From assembly GCA_001915925.1 (NCBI GenBank), contig MNRL01000009.1, positions 8,319 through 72,318 on the forward strand: a stretch of 64,000 nt of DNA. Reading direction: 5' to 3'. The first letter of the stretch is position 1. The number at the start of each line of letters is the position of its first letter. The position numbers were made by a program, and so were the translations under genes. The notes below the pieces were generated by a model that searched no databases, was not told the DNA's origin, and saw nothing but the letters and a program-made list of their open reading frames with translations. The stretch comes from Clostridium sp. CAG:354_28_25. Its GTDB lineage: Bacteria; Bacillota; Clostridia; TANB77; CAG-508. Below, piece after piece: positions 57,472 through 64,000 of this stretch.

Positions 57472-57603
57472 TCTTTTGTTCCTCCCCTGATTTATTTTTT
57501 TGTATTATTTATTACGAGTAAATATTATATATAATTTTTAATATATACAAGTTGCACTTGCAACTTTTTTGTTTTTTTGTTAAAATTTTTTTAGGTGATA
57601 AAA

Positions 57604-58239
57604 ATGAGGCTTCCTTTTGAAGGATTAACAAAATTACAAATCGGTAAACTCTTTGTGCTTCTAGGCGTTCACAGGTATAGATATACTAAAGGTGAAGAGA
57701 TTGTTCCTACCATAAAAAACGATAATATTATTGGAATTGTACTTAGTGGATTTGCCCAAATTATGAATATAGAGTACAATGGGAACGAAATGGTACAGGA
57801 AAATCTTGGAAAAGATAGTGTGTTTGGAACAACAATTTCTGCAACTAATAGTGAAGACTGTCAAATAATCGCAAAGGAAGATACAGAAGTTCTAATTATA
57901 GACTATGTAAAACTTATGAGACCTGAAAATACTAATCATAATTATTTTAATATTTTTTTAAGTAATTTATTTGATATAATCAATACAAAATACAGAGAAA
58001 CTAACGAAAGAGTTAAAGTATTAGAGAAAAAACAAATACGTGAAAAATTATTAAAATTTTTTGAGATTGAACATAGAAAAAGTCGTTCTAAAAATATTTA
58101 TTTAAGTTTTCCTTTTAAGGATTTAGCAGATTACCTTGCAATTGATAGATCTGCTATGTTTAGAGAATTAAAGCATTTAAAGGATGATAAACTTATTGAA
58201 GTTGATGGTAGGAAAATTAAGATATTGTATGAGATATAA
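57604..58239 (+). CDS. Crp/Fnr family transcriptional regulator
   Basis: cNMP-binding-like beta-barrel plus a C-terminal HTH (DLADYLAIDRSAMFRELKHLKDDKLI). Start set at the ATG after AGGTGA. Confidence 0.88.
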   Translation: MRLPFEGLTKLQIGKLFVLLGVHRYRYTKGEEIVPTIKNDNIIGIVLSGFAQIMNIEYNGNEMVQENLGKDSVFGTTISATNSEDCQIIAKEDTEVLIIDYVKLMRPENTNHNYFNIFLSNLFDIINTKYRETNERVKVLEKKQIREKLLKFFEIEHRKSRSKNIYLSFPFKDLADYLAIDRSAMFRELKHLKDDKLIEVDGRKIKILYEI

Positions 58240-58315
58240 TTTATGGCATGTAAAAATCACAAAAGTCAAACGACTTTTGTGACAATTTCACACATTTTTC
58301 AAAGGACTTTTATTT

Positions 58316-58720
58316 TCATACTATAACATCAAAATCTTTTTTACAACGAGGACATGTACAAACATGTTTACCTTTTTTCTTTGGTAATCTGATTTCGGCT
58401 TTACAATTAGGACATTTTCTATAAATATGAGTTTTTCTATATGCCCATTTTTTCTTACGTAATTTTATCTTTTCTATAACTTTATTTTTAATCTTTAAAA
58501 ATTTTGCATTTTCATTTTGTCTTTTATAAATATTGCGTGAAAAGACTCTAAACATCATATAAACACAAATTAGTATCTCTAATAGATATATAATTGGATT
58601 TCTAATGACTATACTTATAATTGCAATAATCCAAAATATAATAAATAAAAATTTATATAATTCATCTATTCCATATCTGCCTTGCATAAAATCGGCTAAT
58701 TTATATATAAATTTATTCAA
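58316..58720 (-). CDS. membrane protein with a C-terminal zinc ribbon (CPNC...CPRC)
   Basis: Two TM segments, a basic linker, then CPNCKAEIRLPKKKGKHVCTCPRCKKDF. TTG start preceded by AAGGAGGA, which lies inside the tracked longer ORF. Confidence 0.6.
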   Translation of the reverse strand: MNKFIYKLADFMQGRYGIDELYKFLFIIFWIIAIISIVIRNPIIYLLEILICVYMMFRVFSRNIYKRQNENAKFLKIKNKVIEKIKLRKKKWAYRKTHIYRKCPNCKAEIRLPKKKGKHVCTCPRCKKDFDVIV

Positions 58721-58734
58721 TATGCATTCCTCCT

Positions 58735-59334
58735 TTAACATATAAATCTTGGACCACAACAACAATTACATATAGAATCTGCTAAACACCACCAAAAACA
58801 TATATTTTGCATATCAAAAGGTCTTCCATATGTTCTACTTTGTTCTCTATACATATTTCCTCCGCCTTGCAATTGTTGTAATAATTCTTGATATCTTAAA
58901 TTATTAGGTTCCATTTGTACTGCCATTTTTGCATTGTTTAATGCTGTTATTCTATTACCTGTATAATAATTTGCAATACTACTTAAATAATACCATTCAG
59001 CAGTTTTATCCTGAATTTCTGAAAGCACTCTTAATGCTTCCCTATACATTCCAGTTTGTATAAAATGACTTGCTACTTGATAAAGATTTGTACTTCCACT
59101 ATTATTACTATATGAATTATTTTGAGTGTTAGAATAGCTATTATATTGATTTGCAGTACCATTTTTTATTTGATCATATGCTTCATTTATTTCCCTCATC
59201 TTTTTTGCTGCTTCTTCGTCCCCTGGATGTAAATCTGGATGATATTTTTTTACTAGTTTTCTGTATGCTTTCGTAACTTCTGCATCTGTTGCTCCATATG
59301 ACACTCCAAGTACTTCGTATGGATTTTGTATCAT
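58735..59334 (-). CDS. J-domain protein with a TPR-like middle region and a Cys-rich hydrophobic C-terminus
   Basis: NPYEVLGV...[12 protein letters not shown] (HPD motif) and C-terminal [21 protein letters not shown]. Confidence 0.9.
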   Translation of the reverse strand: MIQNPYEVLGVSYGATDAEVTKAYRKLVKKYHPDLHPGDEEAAKKMREINEAYDQIKNGTANQYNSYSNTQNNSYSNNSGSTNLYQVASHFIQTGMYREALRVLSEIQDKTAEWYYLSSIANYYTGNRITALNNAKMAVQMEPNNLRYQELLQQLQGGGNMYREQSRTYGRPFDMQNICFWWCLADSICNCCCGPRFIC

Positions 59335-60138
59335 TTATTTTTCTCCCTTCTTTTTATGTATTTCATATTTTGTCCAAATTCCAGAATATAATATATTTTC
59401 AATTATTTTGTTAGAAATATTTAGGTTTTTATATTTTTCTACACAATCTGATAAAAGTAGATTAAGCATATCATCAAATTCTGACTTTGAATTAGTTATT
59501 AATGGATTATATCTTTTATGTTTAATATCTTTTTCTAAATCTATGCATGCATCTAATATATATATAAATTTTCCTAATGCATCACCAAAATCTCTTAGTT
59601 TTTCTTCATATTCATCCTCGTATGGTGCAAATATTTCTCTAAATAATTTGCCACTTGCTTGTGCTGCTAAATCTGGATTTATAATATTTTTGGTTTCTAT
59701 ATCATTTAATTCTTTTAAAGCATTTTGTACATTTTGAGCTTTTTTAGGATATTTCTTACATACTTTTTTAAAACTCTTTTTTATCAATTTTGCATAACAA
59801 TTAGCAAATACATTTTTGTCATCTTGCCAATCATCAAGAAGATTATAATAAGAAAGTAAAATATTCATATCTGCTACATAGTCTATAAAAGTTCCTTTAA
59901 TATAAGTATGTTTATGAACAGGATGCATCATACATCTACATTCTAACTTTTCGTTTTTTTCTTTGTAAACTTCATTTAATAATATTATTAAAAATGTCAT
60001 ATCATAGTTTAATGTAAATCTGCTTATATTTTTGTGCTTTCTTTGTAATGATTTGCATAGTCCACAGTAACATTCTCTATAATATCTTTTATCTGTATCT
60101 TCTAATAATTTAGGATTTGTAACTATATTTCCTACCAT
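59335..60138 (-). CDS. DUF5685-like protein (N-terminal Cys motif)
   Basis: YRECYCGLCKSL...LNYDMTFLIILL pattern. The family name is from memory. Its stop abuts the J-domain gene start. Confidence 0.55.
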   Translation of the reverse strand: MVGNIVTNPKLLEDTDKRYYRECYCGLCKSLQRKHKNISRFTLNYDMTFLIILLNEVYKEKNEKLECRCMMHPVHKHTYIKGTFIDYVADMNILLSYYNLLDDWQDDKNVFANCYAKLIKKSFKKVCKKYPKKAQNVQNALKELNDIETKNIINPDLAAQASGKLFREIFAPYEDEYEEKLRDFGDALGKFIYILDACIDLEKDIKHKRYNPLITNSKSEFDDMLNLLLSDCVEKYKNLNISNKIIENILYSGIWTKYEIHKKKGEK

Positions 60139-60292
60139 TTTACTTCACCCTTTTAGTTTGCTTATGAGATATAGTTTATTATTTTTCTTTGCTAAAATCA
60201 ACAGCTATAGTAAAGATTTCACGGAAGTTTCACATATATAGCAAAAGAGCTACTTAAATTTAATTAAATAGCTCTTTATTTTAATTTCATAC

Positions 60293-61357
60293 TTATTCTT
60301 CTTTTTCCAACTCTATAACAACTTCTTCGCCAGTTGTTTTAAATAAATGCACTTTTAAAGTATCTGTTGCATCATAATTTGTTAAATTAAAAGTATTATA
60401 GTATGTTACTGTTCCATCTTCTTTAACGCTTATTTCTCCATCTCCATCAGATCTATGTGCAGGATAATATTTAGTTCCATCAGATGTCTCCACATACTCT
60501 TTTTCACTCCACGCAATGTCTTTGCAATTATCTAAATATATTCTAAAGGCAGTATTTGAAACTTTAGCACTTTTAAATTTATAATTTTTATCACTAATAG
60601 AAACAAGCTTATAGTCTATAATATTTGACTTAGACATTTTAGTAGGTACATCTATTTCATAACTCCATTCACCATTATAAATAATAGATTTTTCTTCTCC
60701 TTTTGTTGTATTTCTTATTTTATTAAATGTTACTTTTAGTGTTTTAGATTCTGGGAATTCTTTTTCATTTCCTGTAGCAGTTAAATAAAATTTTAAATCA
60801 TGTTCATCTATTTTCTCACTTGCTTGACTATATCCTCCAGTATAGCTGTCATAATTTGCTTTTGCTTCTTTCTCTGTTTCATATAATGATGTCATTTCTT
60901 CTGATTCTAGTTCTCTTGTTGCAAAAACTTTTTCATTATTTTCATTTACTACCTTCAAGTCCATTATATCTATTTTACCTTCTTTAGATAGCATATTGGT
61001 CAAATTATAAGTTTCATCAAATTTTATATTTATAGTTATATCAAAATTATAATCATCTAGTAAAAAAGATTCTATATTTGCACTAATACCATTAGCTTCT
61101 TTATATTCTGTATTTACGTCACTATAATATGCATTATTAATAGCTGTTTGGACACCATCACTACTATTTTTTCCAAACTTATTAATAATTTGAGTTGTAG
61201 CAAAAACTACTCCAGTCATAGAAAATGCAGCACATGCAACTATTCCTATCTTTTTAATAGCATTAAATCTATTTTTATTCATAACTATATCCTCCTCTTT
61301 TACATTGGATATAGCTATTTTCACCTTTACTTTTTCTAAAATTTTATTATTATCCAT
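60293..61357 (-). CDS. membrane-anchored putative anti-sigma factor (DUF4179-like)
   Basis: Single TM segment at about residues 37-57 and a large extracytoplasmic domain. 1-nt gap to the upstream ECF sigma gene. Confidence 0.5.
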   Translation of the reverse strand: MDNNKILEKVKVKIAISNVKEEDIVMNKNRFNAIKKIGIVACAAFSMTGVVFATTQIINKFGKNSSDGVQTAINNAYYSDVNTEYKEANGISANIESFLLDDYNFDITINIKFDETYNLTNMLSKEGKIDIMDLKVVNENNEKVFATRELESEEMTSLYETEKEAKANYDSYTGGYSQASEKIDEHDLKFYLTATGNEKEFPESKTLKVTFNKIRNTTKGEEKSIIYNGEWSYEIDVPTKMSKSNIIDYKLVSISDKNYKFKSAKVSNTAFRIYLDNCKDIAWSEKEYVETSDGTKYYPAHRSDGDGEISVKEDGTVTYYNTFNLTNYDATDTLKVHLFKTTGEEVVIELEKEE

Positions 61358-61358
61358 A

Positions 61359-61889
61359 TTATTTAACCTCTTTCTTTATTTTATTCCTAATTCTGTACAA
61401 TCTTTGCTTTACACTAAATTCAGACATCTTTTGTTCTTTAGCTATATCCTTAATTGATTTAGAAGAATAATAAAAATCTAAAAATATTGTTTTATCAATT
61501 TCCTTCATGTTTTCTAGTTTCTTTTCTATGTGCCTAATTTCTTGAATATTAGTATCAAGAAAATCAATTTTATCATAACCATACAAACTATTTTCATAAT
61601 CCGAAATATCTACATTAATTTTAATTTTTCTTAAATATTCTTTTACTAAGTTTCTTGTTATCCCTGCAATATACGAACTTAGGCTTTTGTTTATATCTAA
61701 TTTGTGTTTATTTTTCCATAGTATAAAAAACACTTCAGAAATAATCTCTTCTTTATCTTCATTACTTAAATTAGTACTTGCCATGTTATTTATAATAATA
61801 GCTATATAAGATGAATATTCGTTTATTATTCTTTCTAAATCAAGTTCATTATTTTTTATATATCGTTTTATTTCTCTATCTTTATTCAC
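61359..61889 (-). CDS. RNA polymerase ECF-type sigma-70 factor
   Basis: Region 2 (EVFFILWKNKHKL...YIAGITRNLVKEYLRK) and region 4 HTH (SIKDIAKEQKMSEFSVKQRLYRIRNKI). Confidence 0.9.
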   Translation of the reverse strand: MNKDREIKRYIKNNELDLERIINEYSSYIAIIINNMASTNLSNEDKEEIISEVFFILWKNKHKLDINKSLSSYIAGITRNLVKEYLRKIKINVDISDYENSLYGYDKIDFLDTNIQEIRHIEKKLENMKEIDKTIFLDFYYSSKSIKDIAKEQKMSEFSVKQRLYRIRNKIKKEVK

Positions 61890-61981
61890 TTTTGTTTTAA
61901 ACTCCTTTTTTACATAAGATATCTTACATCTTTATATTGATAATTTTATAAAAAAAGTAACATTTTTATAATTATTTTAAC

Positions 61982-62013
61982 AAAAAATATAGACCTACCA
62001 TTTCTGGTAAGTC
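61982..62013 (-). terminator. pheT (pheST) rho-independent terminator
   Basis: Stem gacttacca / tggtaggtc on the minus strand, followed by TATATTTTTTG. Confidence 0.8.
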
Positions 62014-62044
62014 CTCATAATTAAATAGCTCTTTAGTTTTAATT

Positions 62045-62098
62045 TTACCGTCCCGTCTTATGTTTACCAATTGAACTTTAAGCTCCGTCCCTAAAGTT
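62045..62098. repeat. GC-rich intergenic repeat family, copy R8 (accgtcccg ... gaactttaagctccgtccctaaagtt)
   Basis: The palindromic part 62073-62099 is 24/27 identical to R2. It starts 2 nt after the pheT stop codon. Confidence 0.8.
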
Positions 62099-62100
62099 TA

Positions 62101-64000
62101 TTAATCTCTTAATTTAGCTCCACATCTCTTGTCTAGAGTTTTTAATATGCTATTCATTTTTTCATTTATTTGTTCTGATGTCATAGTTGTTCCTTCATTA
62201 AGTATTTTTACTTTTAATGTAACTGATTTTTTACCTTCTGGTATTTGGTCTCCCCTATATTCATCAACAAATTCAACTTCTTTAACTTTTGCTCTAATAT
62301 TTTCTTCAATTTGTTTCCATGTAATTTCTTCATCAACTATGATTGATAAATCTTTTTCTACTAATGGTAGTTCTGGTAATCTTTCATATTCATTTGTTCT
62401 TGAAGCATATGGAACAAATTTTTCTGTATTAATTTCAAACATTGCTACATTTGTTCTTTTTATTTTAGTATCTGCCATTACTTTTACAGAAACTAATCCT
62501 AATGTTCCGATTACTTCATTACCTTTAACTACATTTAGGTATGCATTAACATCTGCCCAATATGGCTTCTCCATTTTTTCTAATTTAAGTTCTTCCATAT
62601 GGCAATATTCAGCCATATTTTCAATTACACCTTTTGCTTCATAGAATATTTCTTTAGCCTCTTTTCCTACTATACATCCAGTTAAATAATTCTTTTGAAT
62701 TGGTAAGATTTCATCTTCTGAAGATGGTCTATAATCACCTTTTTCATAAACTTCTTCACAGTCAAATAATCTAAATTCATCATAATATCTTAAATTTTTA
62801 ACAACTGCTTCTAACATTCCTGGAATTAAAGAACTTCTTAAATATGCTAAATCTGGTGCTGGTGGAGTTGCTAATTTTAAAGATTTCTCCATATCTATTC
62901 CTGCTGCTTTAATATATTTTTCTTCAATCCATGGATATGTGAAAATTTCATAAAATCCGCATCTATATGCTAAATATTCTTTAATTCTTCTTTCAAGTAA
63001 AACATCATTTTGTTTTACAGAATGTTCAAATGTTATAGTAATTGGTTTTGCCTCAAAACTATCAAAGCTTAATATTCTTGCAATATCTCCCATTACATCA
63101 TCTTTGATTGTTACATCACCTGTTGATCTCCATGTTGGAACTATTACATCATATTCTCCGTTATTTAATGATATTTCATATCCAAGAGCTGTTAAAATTT
63201 GTTCAATCTTCTCTTGTGGTATTTTCTTTCCTAATCTTGTATCTAAGAATTCTTCACTTACTTTTATTTCATTCTTTTTAGTTTCGTTTGGATAAACATC
63301 TGCATATTTAATTATTTTGCTATCTGGGAATATTTCTTTAATTAATCTTAATGCTAAATTTAATCCTTCATCTACTCTTTGTGTATCAACACCTTTTTCA
63401 AATCTCATTGAAGCTTCTGTTTTTTCTGCAAATTTTTTATCTGTTTGTCTAACTGTATCTGCAGAGAAGTTTGCTACTTCTAATACAACTCCTTTTGTAT
63501 CTGGCAGAATAGAATCTTTTTTACCACCTTTAATTCCAGCTAATGCCATTGCATCACTTTCATCACATATTACTAAATCGTCTGTTGAAAGCTCAATAAA
63601 GTTATTATCTAATAATAATAATTTCTCATTTTCTTTGGCATTTCTTATTATTATTTTTTCTCCACTTACATGTGTTTTGTCAAAAGCATGAAGTGGTTGA
63701 CCTACTGCCATCATTACATAATTTGTTATATCAACAATGGCATTTATTGGTCTTTGACCTACTTTTGATAATAATGATTGCATCCACATTGGGGATGGTT
63801 TTTCATATATACCATCTATTTCTACTGCTACATATCTATTACATTTAGTTGTATCTTTTATTTCTACACTATATTCTGGAACTTTTGGTATTTCGTATTT
63901 TGGTAATTCTTTTAATGGTGCATCATATATAGCTGATAATTCTCTTGCAATTCCATAATGTCCCCATAAATCTGGTCTATTAGATAATGATTTATTATCT
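62101..64000 (-). CDS. pheT: phenylalanine--tRNA ligase beta subunit (5' end beyond the window)
   Basis: B3/4, B5 and C-terminal FDX-ACB domains (EVEFVDEYRGDQIPEGKKSVTLKV). The frame stays open to position 64000. Confidence 0.95.
   Translation of the reverse strand, partial: DNKSLSNRPDLWGHYGIARELSAIYDAPLKELPKYEIPKVPEYSVEIKDTTKCNRYVAVEIDGIYEKPSPMWMQSLLSKVGQRPINAIVDITNYVMMAVGQPLHAFDKTHVSGEKIIIRNAKENEKLLLLDNNFIELSTDDLVICDESDAMALAGIKGGKKDSILPDTKGVVLEVANFSADTVRQTDKKFAEKTEASMRFEKGVDTQRVDEGLNLALRLIKEIFPDSKIIKYADVYPNETKKNEIKVSEEFLDTRLGKKIPQEKIEQILTALGYEISLNNGEYDVIVPTWRSTGDVTIKDDVMGDIARILSFDSFEAKPITITFEHSVKQNDVLLERRIKEYLAYRCGFYEIFTYPWIEEKYIKAAGIDMEKSLKLATPPAPDLAYLRSSLIPGMLEAVVKNLRYYDEFRLFDCEEVYEKGDYRPSSEDEILPIQKNYLTGCIVGKEAKEIFYEAKGVIENMAEYCHMEELKLEKMEKPYWADVNAYLNVVKGNEVIGTLGLVSVKVMADTKIKRTNVAMFEINTEKFVPYASRTNEYERLPELPLVEKDLSIIVDEEITWKQIEENIRAKVKEVEFVDEYRGDQIPEGKKSVTLKVKILNEGTTMTSEQINEKMNSILKTLDKRCGAKLRD

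Noticed and set aside
57472-57594. An NrdR box or cobalamin riboswitch upstream of nrdD.
   Set aside because: The region is too short for a B12 riboswitch, and I could not find tandem NrdR-box-like 16-nt palindromes. Only the TTGCA palindrome reported as a finding is present.
11305-62098. The possibility that the roughly 29-30-nt partially palindromic repeats are CRISPR repeats.
   Set aside because: The copies are isolated singletons several kb apart. There is no regular repeat-spacer array and no cas genes in the window.

Overview
This is a 64-kb chromosomal segment from a very AT-rich, endospore-forming Clostridia-type Firmicute. That identity is inferred from gene content only: spoIIIAA-AH, yabP-yabQ-divIC, dpaB, pta-ackA and nrdDG. 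There are about 73 protein-coding genes, and all but five lie on the minus strand. Core genes are asnS, rho, ackA, pta, ispG, trmB, tsaC, pfkA, trmL, a YebC-family regulator, nrdD/nrdG and pheT (5' end outside the window). The window also carries the complete eight-gene spoIIIA sporulation operon, three ABC transporter gene sets, an ECF sigma/anti-sigma pair, and a 9-kb block of small hydrolase and house-cleaning enzymes. I saw no rRNA, tRNA, CRISPR array, transposase or intact prophage. Five things stand out. (1) A family of short GC-rich quasi-palindromic repeats (core GGAC-N-GTCC flanked by AGGGATTT / AAATCCCT) occurs at eight intergenic loci. One copy sits inside the spoIIIA operon, and an inverted pair brackets a two-gene module. 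(2) Six single-gene islands have clearly raised GC, about 35-50% by hand count against about 25-33% for native genes. All are on the minus strand and most have their own promoter and terminator. (3) The first 3.2 kb looks like a mobile-element remnant, with a DnaD/HTH replication-organizer gene, direct repeats and palindrome-dense non-coding DNA. (4) Several reading frames are disrupted at short homopolymers, and one locus is a chimeric junction of two gene fragments. (5) There are conserved modules of unknown function: a DUF5685 / J-domain / zinc-ribbon triad, a sirtuin-linked operon and an atypical DnaB-like helicase. None of this amounts to a demonstrated new system. All functional calls come from motif recognition by eye, because no database search or folding program could be run.
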